Of a stretch of 64,000 nucleotides of DNA, positions 1-7,655 are shown piece by piece (the stretch's first letter is position 1; the number at the start of each line of letters is the position of its first letter). The position numbers were made by a program, and so were the translations under genes. The stretch lies in contig JABLYA010000001.1 in NCBI GenBank assembly GCA_013177855.1, forward strand, positions 2,000,983-2,064,982. Direction: 5' to 3'. The notes beneath the pieces were generated by a model. It did no database searches and was not told where the DNA came from. It worked only from the letters and a program-made list of their open reading frames with translations. This stretch comes from Ignavibacteria bacterium. GTDB taxonomy: Bacteria > Bacteroidota > Ignavibacteria > Ch128b.

Positions 1-2418
1 ATTATGGCTGCAAATATTTTGCAACTTTATAAGAGGGGATATCGAAATTTTATATTTTTTGTTAATAGTGTAAATATCATTGAGAAAACACGGGATAATT
101 TCTTAAATCCTTTATCAGAAAAGTATCTTTTTGCTCCCAAAATCAAGTTTGGTGAAAAAGAAGTTCTTATAAAAGAGGTTCAAAATTTTGAGGGTGTTAA
201 TTCAGATAACATAAATATAATTTTTACTACAATTCAGGGATTGCATACCAGGCTAAATCAACCAAGAGAGAATGTTTTAACCGAAGAAGATTTTGAAGGA
301 AAAGATATTGTCTTAATTTCAGATGAAGCACATCATTTGCAAACATTAACCAGAAACAATAAAAATGAAAAGGAAATTGAAAAAAGCTGGGAATACACAG
401 TTTTAAAAAGAATATTTGAAAAAAATCGAAAAAATATCTTATTAGAGTTTACTGCTACTGTTGATTTAAATAACCCTGATATCAGAAATAAATATCAGGA
501 TAAGCTTATATTTCAATACGATTTAAAACAATTCAGACTGGACAAGTATTCAAAAGAGATAGAAGTTCTTCAAGCATCTTTAGAGCCAATTGATAGGGCT
601 TTACAGGCAGTTATTTTGAGTCAGTATCGCAGAAAAATTGCTGAAAAGCATAAGATACTCTTGAAACCTGTTATTCTTTTTAAATCAAAGAGTATTAAAG
701 AATCAAAAGAGAATTATGAAAAATTCTTAACTAAGATTAAAAATCTTTCCTTAAAAGATATTGAAAAGATAAAATCAAGGTCATCTGGAACTGATCTGGG
801 AAAGGCGTTTGAATATTTTGATAAAGAAAAAATAACACTTGATAATTTAATTAATGAATTAAAGATAGATTTCTCTGAAGAAAAGATTATGCTTTTGGAT
901 TCTGAGAATATTGATGAAGAGAAACAATTAAAACTTAATTCCCTTGAAAATCCAAACAATGAAATAAGAGCTATTTTTGCGGTCAATATGCTTAACGAAG
1001 GCTGGGATGTATTGAATTTATTCGATATTGTCAGATTGTATGATACACGGGACGGCAAAACTTTAAGAGATGGTACATATATTCCAGGCTCGACGACAAT
1101 GAGCGAAGCACAATTAATAGGAAGAGGGGCAAGGTATTTCCCATTTGTTATACAAAATAATGATGATATGTATCGAAGAAAATTTGATGATGATCTTGAT
1201 AATGAATTGAGAATAATTGAAACTTTACATTATCATTGTAAACATAATCCAAAATACATTTTTGAAATAAAGCAGACACTCACACAAATTGGAATTTTGC
1301 CTGAAAAGACATTTCAATATGACTTATTTGTTAAACCAGAAATAAAAAATAAAAATATTTGGAAAAGGGGATATATTTTTCAAAACGAAAGGCAAAAGAG
1401 GGATCGATCTGAAATTTTTAGTTTAAATGATATTCATATTAAAAATGAATATTATTACGAATTCCCCACTGGTCAAATTGAAGAAAGTTTTTTGTTCGAT
1501 GAACAAAATGTTATTAAATCAAAAACTAATGTAACCGAAATTTATCTTAATTTTCTTGATCTTGGTATAAATTTAATAAGAGCAGGAATGGATTATCTTG
1601 AATTTTATCGTTTCAATAATCTTAAAAGATATTTCCCAAATATTAATTCGATTAATGATTTTATTTTAGATAATAACTATCTGTCAGGAATAAAGGTTAA
1701 GATTAAAGGTCCAGATTTTAGAATTAATGAATTAACACAAAAAGATAAACTAAATATAGTTTTGTATGTTTTGACAAGTATTTCGGAAAAACTCATTACA
1801 ACTGATTCAGAGTATAGAGGAACGAAAGAATTTAAACCATACGAAATAAGTAAAGTCTTCTTTGATAGAAAAGTAAAGTATGATGTTTCAAATGCAGGTG
1901 GAATTAATCTTATTAGTTTCAATTATGATTGGTTTGCACAGACAAGTTTTTATGGTACATCCGAAGAAAGAAATTTTCTTGAATTTATATCAAGATTTAT
2001 AAAAGAGTTAAAAAAGAAATATAAAGAAGTATTTTTATTTAGAAATGAAAGGTATGTTAAGATATATAATTTTGATGATGGATCAGCTTTTGAACCCGAT
2101 TTTATTTTATTTCTCGTAGAGAAACAAAAATCCTCCAGAGGTTCAAAGAAGCGATATAAGTCAACAAAGAATGAGCGAATAATTAGTTACCAAATTTTTA
2201 TTGAACCAAAAGGAGATCTATTTTTAGATGCAAATGGTACATTTGAACATTCGAAAGAAGGTTGGAAGGAAAAATTCCTATTAAGACTTGAAAATGAAGC
2301 TGAAATATTTTTAGAATTTCAAAATTCAGAATACAAACTTTTAGGCTTACCTTTTTATAATCAACAACTTGAAGAAAGATTTCGGGAATTTTTTGAACAA
2401 AAATTATTGAGTCGATAA
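1..2418 (+). CDS. Type III restriction enzyme Res subunit (SF2 helicase + C-terminal PD-ExK nuclease), 5'-truncated by window edge
   Basis: Frame 1 is open from nt 1. A DEAH box (LISDEAHH) lies ~aa 105 with no Walker A upstream, so the N-terminus is off-window. The C-terminus has a PD...ExK-like signature (FEPDFILFLV ... FIEPKGD), as in Type III Res endonuclease domains. Confidence 0.55.
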   Translation: MMAANILQLYKRGYRNFIFFVNSVNIIEKTRDNFLNPLSEKYLFAPKIKFGEKEVLIKEVQNFEGVNSDNINIIFTTIQGLHTRLNQPRENVLTEEDFEGKDIVLISDEAHHLQTLTRNNKNEKEIEKSWEYTVLKRIFEKNRKNILLEFTATVDLNNPDIRNKYQDKLIFQYDLKQFRLDKYSKEIEVLQASLEPIDRALQAVILSQYRRKIAEKHKILLKPVILFKSKSIKESKENYEKFLTKIKNLSLKDIEKIKSRSSGTDLGKAFEYFDKEKITLDNLINELKIDFSEEKIMLLDSENIDEEKQLKLNSLENPNNEIRAIFAVNMLNEGWDVLNLFDIVRLYDTRDGKTLRDGTYIPGSTTMSEAQLIGRGARYFPFVIQNNDDMYRRKFDDDLDNELRIIETLHYHCKHNPKYIFEIKQTLTQIGILPEKTFQYDLFVKPEIKNKNIWKRGYIFQNERQKRDRSEIFSLNDIHIKNEYYYEFPTGQIEESFLFDEQNVIKSKTNVTEIYLNFLDLGINLIRAGMDYLEFYRFNNLKRYFPNINSINDFILDNNYLSGIKVKIKGPDFRINELTQKDKLNIVLYVLTSISEKLITTDSEYRGTKEFKPYEISKVFFDRKVKYDVSNAGGINLISFNYDWFAQTSFYGTSEERNFLEFISRFIKELKKKYKEVFLFRNERYVKIYNFDDGSAFEPDFILFLVEKQKSSRGSKKRYKSTKNERIISYQIFIEPKGDLFLDANGTFEHSKEGWKEKFLLRLENEAEIFLEFQNSEYKLLGLPFYNQQLEERFREFFEQKLLSR

Positions 2419-2979
2419 CCCATTAAAAACGATATTTTTTATCTTTAATAGTAAATTTCTATCTCTTTCAATTAACTTTATCTCTTTTTCACTCAAAATT
2501 GTCTCTTTTAACCTCATTGATGACTCTTTTCCAATAAACGATGGCTCTTTTTCACTTAACGATGCTTCTTTTTCACTCAACGATGGCTCTTTTTCAGTCA
2601 ACGATGGCTCTTTTTCAGTCAACGATGGGTCTTTTAGAACCAACGATGGGTCTTTTTCATTCAAAATTGGCTCTTTTTTACTCAACGATGGGTCTTTTAG
2701 AACCAACGATAGGTCTTTTTCATTCAAAATTGGCTCTTTTTTACTCAACGATGGGTCTTTTAGAACCAACGATGGGTCTTTTTCATTCAAAATTGGCTCT
2801 TTTTCACTCAACGATGGGTCTTTAAGAACCGACGATGGGTCTTTTTCACTCAAAATTGGCTCTTTTTCACTCAACGATGGGTCTTTAAGAACCAACGATG
2901 GGTCTTTTTCATTCAAAATTGGCTCTTTTAGACCCAACGATGGCTCTTTTTCACTAAAAACCGTTAATTTTTTGTTCAA
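2404..2979 (-). CDS. Heptad-repeat low-complexity protein (K(E/D)PxL(x)x repeats), hypothetical
   Basis: 191-aa ORF translated from the tandem repeat (EKEPILN/EKDPSLV/LKDPSLS...). The repeat length is a multiple of 3 and the ORF has a non-repetitive C-terminal tail. It overlaps the Res gene 3' end convergently by 15 nt. There is no signal peptide and no clear RBS, so its coding status is uncertain. Confidence 0.4.
   Translation of the reverse strand: MNKKLTVFSEKEPSLGLKEPILNEKDPSLVLKDPSLSEKEPILSEKDPSSVLKDPSLSEKEPILNEKDPSLVLKDPSLSKKEPILNEKDLSLVLKDPSLSKKEPILNEKDPSLVLKDPSLTEKEPSLTEKEPSLSEKEASLSEKEPSFIGKESSMRLKETILSEKEIKLIERDRNLLLKIKNIVFNGLSTQ
2461..2960. repeat. Coding tandem repeat: 21-bp primary unit (~23 copies) organised into a 63-bp higher-order unit (~8 copies)
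   Basis: Direct reading: aacgatgg(g/c)tcttttt(c/a)(a/t)t(t/c)caa units recur every 21 nt. 'attgg' recurs at 2666, 2729 and 2792, giving a 63-bp period. The period is a multiple of 3. Confidence 0.9.
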
Positions 2980-3345
2980 AAAAAGCTTTTTTCAGCGAGT
3001 TTTTTGGGTTTCCAGAATAAATAATTGTGCTTTAATCTTAAATTATGAAACAAAAGAGTTAATAAATTCCTACTAATTATCCAATAATTAATTTCATATC
3101 ATTTTTTTTTGATTATTTTTTCCTCAATTTTTAATTCCAGAATGTTTAATATTTCTACATAACCTACTTGAATTTTTCAACACCCCTAAACATTGAAAAA
3201 TCAAACAATTATAATTTTTTTAGCTTAGTATGTGATTAAAATTTCAACATTCCTTTATACAAATACAATTTTAGGTTTTCCCTTTTGTCTCTATATCTAT
3301 TTGTAATTTAAGGAGTTACGCTCATAATTCATCTCAGCGTTTTTC

Positions 3346-3360
3346 TGGCATTGCGTTTGA
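3346..3360 (+). promoter_or_regulatory. Candidate sigma54 (-24/-12) promoter: TGGCAT-N5-TTGA
   Basis: TGGCATTGCGTTTGA, with GG at 3347-3348 and TTGa where TTGC is expected at -12 (one mismatch in the GC dinucleotide). It lies ~55 nt upstream of the operon start at 3414, and a sigma54-dependent activator is encoded at 9324. Confidence 0.25.
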
Positions 3361-3413
3361 CCTTATATAATAGAAATAGTTGAATTAGAAACTAAAAAAT
3401 TGAGAGGTTAAAA

Positions 3414-4103
3414 ATGGTTGCATTATTTGTCTTATTAACTTTCGTTCTTATCATTTCAATAAACTTAATTGTCACGAAAGTTCGTGAAAAACGAATTTCG
3501 GTCTTTGAGGAAACTCAACCAGAGCCGGTCACTGGAACCGTATTTTCAAAAGAATCCATCTATGTCCCTCAGGGATTATATTATTCCAGAGGACACACCT
3601 GGCTCAATTTTTCTGAAGATGGTAAAATTAAACTCGGTATAGATGATTTTATCAACAAAGTATTAAAGCCAGGTAAAATATCTCCACTTAAAGCCGACGG
3701 CGATAAAATTTCGAAAGGCGAGCCGATCTTTGAAGTCTTTGCCAATGGAAGGAAAGTGAAAATTTATTCTCCTGTTGACGGCATTATTACTTCGCTAAAT
3801 AAATCAATCCTCGAAAATACTCAGCTGCTTAGAGAAAATCCTTATCGAGAGAATTGGTTAATTGAAATTGAACCAGCTGATGTAAAGGAAATTCTGCCAT
3901 CATTTAAGATTGGTAGAGAAGTTGTCAACTGGATGAAAGAGGAAGTAAACCGTTTCAAAGATTTGCTTGCCCATCTATCACCTAAACCATCGCTCGTCGG
4001 TGCAACACTTTATGATGGTGGAAATATCGTTGAAGGTGTTCTTAGAATGCTTGATGACAGCAGTCTTTCAAAATTCGAAGAAGAATTTCTGAAATTATCC
4101 TGA
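3414..4103 (+). CDS. Membrane-anchored glycine-cleavage-H-like (lipoyl-domain-like) protein
   Basis: N-terminal TM helix followed by K/R residues, so the domain is cytoplasmic. The region YYSRGHTWL..GKIKLGIDDF..G..ISKGEPIFEVFANGRKVKIYSPVDGII..N..L...P.LLRENPYRENWLIEI aligns motif-for-motif with GcvH (HEW, GITDxAQ, ESVKA..YAPVSG, PY..GWI), including candidate lipoyl-Lys positions. RBS gagagg precedes the start. Confidence 0.65.
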   Translation: MVALFVLLTFVLIISINLIVTKVREKRISVFEETQPEPVTGTVFSKESIYVPQGLYYSRGHTWLNFSEDGKIKLGIDDFINKVLKPGKISPLKADGDKISKGEPIFEVFANGRKVKIYSPVDGIITSLNKSILENTQLLRENPYRENWLIEIEPADVKEILPSFKIGREVVNWMKEEVNRFKDLLAHLSPKPSLVGATLYDGGNIVEGVLRMLDDSSLSKFEEEFLKLS

Positions 4104-4121
4104 AAAACCTGAGGTAGAAAG

Positions 4122-4898
4122 ATGAAAAGAAAAGCATTTCTGATTGATATAACCGAATGTGTCGGCTGCGGGGCTTGTTATGAAGCCTGCAAAGAACAAA
4201 ACAATCTTCCTCAAACTTCTGATGACCCTTTAAGGGATTCGCTCTCTGATAAAACATATACAATTGTTGAACAGCGAGGCGATTTCTTCGTGAGAAGAAT
4301 GTGTCAGCATTGTGAAGATCCAACCTGCGTTTCTGTTTGTCCTGTTGGTGCATTTACAAAGACTGAAGTTGGTGCAGTTCTTTACGATGAATCTAAATGT
4401 CTTGGATGCCGCTATTGTATGCAAGCCTGTCCATTCCAGATTCCGAGATATGAATGGGGCAGCGTGAAACCGAGAGTGCAAAAATGCATTATGTGTTATG
4501 ACCGAGTTAAGAATGGAGAACTGCCAGCCTGTGCGGAAGCCTGTCCAACTGGTGCAACCTTATTCGGTGATAGAGATGAGATGATTGAGATTGCAAAACA
4601 GAGACTCGCTGAAAATCCGGAAAAGTATTATCAGCATATTTATGGGCTTGAAGAAGTCGGCGGCACATCGGTTTTATATATTTCACCAGTACCATTCGAA
4701 GAACTCGGTTTCAATACAAAGTTATTGAAGACAGCTCTTCCAAATTTCACTCACGAAGCTTTAGCGAAGATTCCAACACTGGTAACAGTCGGCGGTGTAT
4801 TATTGACAGGTTTCTATTGGTTAACTAATCGAAAGAATGAAATTGCACGAGAAAAATTTGAGGAAAAGAAAAAACAAAACTTACGAGGTGAGGAATGA
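4122..4898 (+). CDS. NrfC/PsrB/HybA-type 4x[4Fe-4S] ferredoxin subunit with C-terminal TM anchor; no Tat signal
   Basis: Four Cys clusters (CVGCGACYEAC; CQHCEDPTCVSVCP; CLGCRYCMQACP; CIMCYDRV...CAEACP). A C-terminal hydrophobic helix (IPTLVTVGGVLLTGFYWL) is present. The N-terminus is MKRKAFLIDITE without an RRxF motif. Confidence 0.8.
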   Translation: MKRKAFLIDITECVGCGACYEACKEQNNLPQTSDDPLRDSLSDKTYTIVEQRGDFFVRRMCQHCEDPTCVSVCPVGAFTKTEVGAVLYDESKCLGCRYCMQACPFQIPRYEWGSVKPRVQKCIMCYDRVKNGELPACAEACPTGATLFGDRDEMIEIAKQRLAENPEKYYQHIYGLEEVGGTSVLYISPVPFEELGFNTKLLKTALPNFTHEALAKIPTLVTVGGVLLTGFYWLTNRKNEIAREKFEEKKKQNLRGEE

Positions 4899-6085
4899 AT
4901 CCAGCAATTGAAAGACTTCTCAAACCAACATTCTGGAAAGTTGTTGGAACTGTAATTTTTGTTCTTGGACTATATACGATCTATTTGAGATTTACAGGCG
5001 GACTTGCAGCAGTAACTAATTTAAATGATCATTTCCCCTGGGGATTGTGGATTGGTTTTGATATTCTTTGTGGAGTTGGAATGGCTGCCGGTGGTTTTAC
5101 GCTTTGTGCAATTGTCTACATCTTTAATATCAAAAAATTTAAACCAATCATTCGTCCAACTATATTAACTGCTTTTCTCGGATATTTACTTGTAATATTA
5201 GCTCTTCTGATAGATCTTGGAAGACCCTGGGCAATATGGCATGCAATAATTATGTGGAACCCAAGATCGGTTATGTTTGAAGTTGCCTGGTGTGTGATGC
5301 TTTATACTACTGTTCTTTTTCTTGAATTCAGTCCTGTTATACTTGAAAGATTTAAAGTTGAAAAGCTATTAAAAATAATTCGAGGAATAACAATCCCGCT
5401 TGTAATTCTGGGAATTTTACTTTCCACTCTTCATCAATCTTCACTTGGAGCTTTGTATTTAATTGTTCCGAGTAAAATGCATCCATTATGGTATTCAACA
5501 AATCTTCCATGGTTTTTCTATTTGAGTGCGATAGGTGTTGGCTGTGCGATGATAATTTTTGAATCATATCTCAGCGCCAAAGCATTTAAGAAAAATCTTG
5601 AATTTGATCTGGTCTCCGATGTTGGAAGATGGATTGTGGTTGTAATGAGTGCATATTTAACATGGAGATTTATGGATTTACTTTTGAATGATAAACTTAA
5701 TCTTTTGTTTGTAAATTCTATTGAAACATATCTCTTCTGGCTTGAGATAATTATTGGTGCAATTATTCCAATAATTTTGCTTGCTCAACCAAGAATAAGA
5801 TTAAATCGTGTGGGACTATTCGTATCTGCGTGTTTTGTAATTGGTGGATTTTTACTGAATAGATTGAATGTGAGTGTGACATCTCTTCAAGCATCATCGG
5901 GAGTTTCTTATTTCCCATCGGTGTATGAAATTATAATAACATTATTCCTTGTAACCTTAGGAGTAACTATCTTTAATCTTGCAGTCCAATATCTGCCTGT
6001 TTATGAAAAAACAAAAGAAACAATTCCAATTGAATTCGAAGTTATTTCTGACGATGAACTAAAGACAGAACCAGCAACAAAATGA
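4895..6085 (+). CDS. NrfD/PsrC/HybB-family integral membrane quinone-interacting subunit
   Basis: ~396 aa with 8-10 predicted TM helices and NrfD-like conserved stretches (WGLWIGFDILCGVGMAAGG; LGRPWAIWHAIIMWNPRSVMFEVAW). Its start overlaps the previous stop by 4 nt. Confidence 0.8.
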   Translation: MNPAIERLLKPTFWKVVGTVIFVLGLYTIYLRFTGGLAAVTNLNDHFPWGLWIGFDILCGVGMAAGGFTLCAIVYIFNIKKFKPIIRPTILTAFLGYLLVILALLIDLGRPWAIWHAIIMWNPRSVMFEVAWCVMLYTTVLFLEFSPVILERFKVEKLLKIIRGITIPLVILGILLSTLHQSSLGALYLIVPSKMHPLWYSTNLPWFFYLSAIGVGCAMIIFESYLSAKAFKKNLEFDLVSDVGRWIVVVMSAYLTWRFMDLLLNDKLNLLFVNSIETYLFWLEIIIGAIIPIILLAQPRIRLNRVGLFVSACFVIGGFLLNRLNVSVTSLQASSGVSYFPSVYEIIITLFLVTLGVTIFNLAVQYLPVYEKTKETIPIEFEVISDDELKTEPATK

Positions 6086-6783
6086 GTTTAAAAATGATTT
6101 CTCAAAAATGTATCTGGATGGAATGTGGTTATGTCGAGTACAAACTATGCGATAGGAATTTTGACTGCGAGAACTGTCCATTTGATAAATCAATTAAGGC
6201 TGAAAGAGGAAACCGCTTTATCTCAGATTCAATAAAAAACAAAAGGGATATCAGCGAAATAAAAATTACACCAAATCATTTATGGTTTTATAAGAATGGC
6301 AATGTTTTCACTTTCGGGCTTGATAACTTTGCTCAGAAATTTTTTAATTCTGGCTGTTCGATTCACTTGCCTTTACTAAATTCAAGACTTTTTTCTGGTA
6401 AGACTATTCTATGGATTATTGGATCATTTGGTGCAATTGGGTTTCACTCACCGGTCAATGGTTCAGTTTTATGGATTAATGAATCGATTAAAGATAATCC
6501 ATCTTTGTTTTTTGAAGCTGATCCTTTTTCAATTGAACTTATAAAGGTTGAAAGCGATGACGATAAAATTGAAGGCAAAATTTATGATTTTAATGATTAC
6601 AAAGATTTAGTTTATCAGGATAATCTTCTGGCTCGTGAATTCTTATTAAAAAGATTTACAATTTCTGGTGATGGAATTTCTACGCTTCCTGATGGTGGCG
6701 ATTTAAAAATGGATTACTTAAAAACATTGTCCAATCAGGATTTTATTCAACTTTTAAAACTATTATTCAACAAAAAAATATAG
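6082..6783 (+). CDS. Cys-rich N-terminal motif + second GcvH-like domain protein (no lipoyl-Lys), hypothetical
   Basis: N-terminus CIWMECGYVEYKLCDRNFDCENCPFD (5 Cys: Cx4Cx7Cx5Cx2C). It is followed by HLWFYKNGNVFTFGLDNFAQ...GSFGAIGFHSPVNGSVLWINESI..NPSLFFEADPFSIELIKV, a GcvH-like pattern lacking Lys at the lipoylation position. An ATGA overlap with the NrfD-like stop implies translational coupling. Confidence 0.55.
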   Translation: MSLKMISQKCIWMECGYVEYKLCDRNFDCENCPFDKSIKAERGNRFISDSIKNKRDISEIKITPNHLWFYKNGNVFTFGLDNFAQKFFNSGCSIHLPLLNSRLFSGKTILWIIGSFGAIGFHSPVNGSVLWINESIKDNPSLFFEADPFSIELIKVESDDDKIEGKIYDFNDYKDLVYQDNLLAREFLLKRFTISGDGISTLPDGGDLKMDYLKTLSNQDFIQLLKLLFNKKI

Positions 6784-6795
6784 GGAGAAACTGTT

Positions 6796-7311
6796 ATGAA
6801 AAAACTTCTGATATTAGCACTCTCAATAATTATATGTTCTTCTTACAATCTCTTTGCTCAGAATAAATATGTTGGTGTAAAAACCTGTATGGCCTGTCAT
6901 AAAGGCGAGAAGGGAAAGATGGTTTACGAGAACTGGTTGAAGACAAAACATGCTCAAGCTTACAAAACACTCGAAACACAAAAATCAAAAGACATTGCAA
7001 AGAAGATGAACTTAAAATCTGATCCAACTGAAGCACCAGAATGTTTAAAATGTCATGCAACAGGTTATTTCCCTGGTGAACAGACAATGTCTACAAATAA
7101 AAAAGAAGATGGCGTAACCTGTGAAGCCTGTCACGGACCAGGCTCTGCTTACAAGAACAAACACGGAAAAGAAAAAACTGAAGAAGGTAAAAAACTCGGT
7201 TTAGTAATAGGTACTGACGACGAAAAGATTTGTAAAAAATGTCATAACCCTGAAAGTCCAACCTTCGCTGGATTTAATTACAAAAAAGACTGGGAAAAAG
7301 TTAAACACTAA
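6796..7311 (+). CDS. Periplasmic tetrahaem cytochrome c (c3-like)
   Basis: Signal peptide MKKLLILALSIIICSSYNLFA. Four CXXCH motifs are present (CMACH, CLKCH, CEACH, CKKCH) in 171 aa. RBS ggga precedes the start. Confidence 0.85.
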   Translation: MKKLLILALSIIICSSYNLFAQNKYVGVKTCMACHKGEKGKMVYENWLKTKHAQAYKTLETQKSKDIAKKMNLKSDPTEAPECLKCHATGYFPGEQTMSTNKKEDGVTCEACHGPGSAYKNKHGKEKTEEGKKLGLVIGTDDEKICKKCHNPESPTFAGFNYKKDWEKVKH

Positions 7312-7370
7312 AAATTTTTTGAATGTAAGCTTAGTTTCAAATTAGTTGATTAATTTCTTTAAAATATTAT

Positions 7371-7467
7371 GGTTTTCTCGATACAGTTCTTTAGAGATTT
7401 AATTTTAATTAGAAGTTTATCCGAGAGGTTTTTTATTTAAGGGTTAGGTGACTGTATCGAGAGAACC
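7371..7467. promoter_or_regulatory. 17-bp near-perfect inverted repeat (ggttttctcgatacagt / actgtatcgagagaacc) separated by 63 nt
   Basis: Seen directly: arms at 7371-7387 and 7451-7467 with one mismatch. The pair sits in the 341-bp gap between the cytochrome operon and the sensor kinase, and the right arm is followed by a T/A-rich run. Confidence 0.4.
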
Positions 7468-7655
7468 TTTAATTAAAATTCCCGCAGATAAAAAGTTGAA
7501 TTTAAGTTCAGTAATAAAAGTAGAAAAAAAATAAATTCAGAATAGAATTAATAAATCAGACTGAATAAATCCTATCTCCGATAAAATAGTTATTAATTGT
7601 TAATTGTAACTTCTTCCCATTCTCTTTAAGTTTACAGTGAGGAGAGGAAAATGTG

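Noticed and set aside
714-1922. Antisense ORFs 714-1058 and 1677-1922 inside the Res gene
   Set aside because: They are embedded antisense in a long conserved-motif ORF and are typical AT-rich shadow ORFs.
2541-2825. Plus-strand 94-aa ORF (MALFHLTM...) inside the tandem repeat
   Set aside because: It is a shadow frame of the same repeat, yielding an implausible M/L/F-only peptide. The minus-strand frame gives the more protein-like K/E/P heptads, and even that one is uncertain.
3355-3370. Sigma70-like TTGACC / TATAAT pair upstream of the operon
   Set aside because: TTGACC and TATATAAT are separated by only ~2-3 nt, far from the 17-nt spacing. TATAAT alone may still be a -10, but no matching -35 could be placed.
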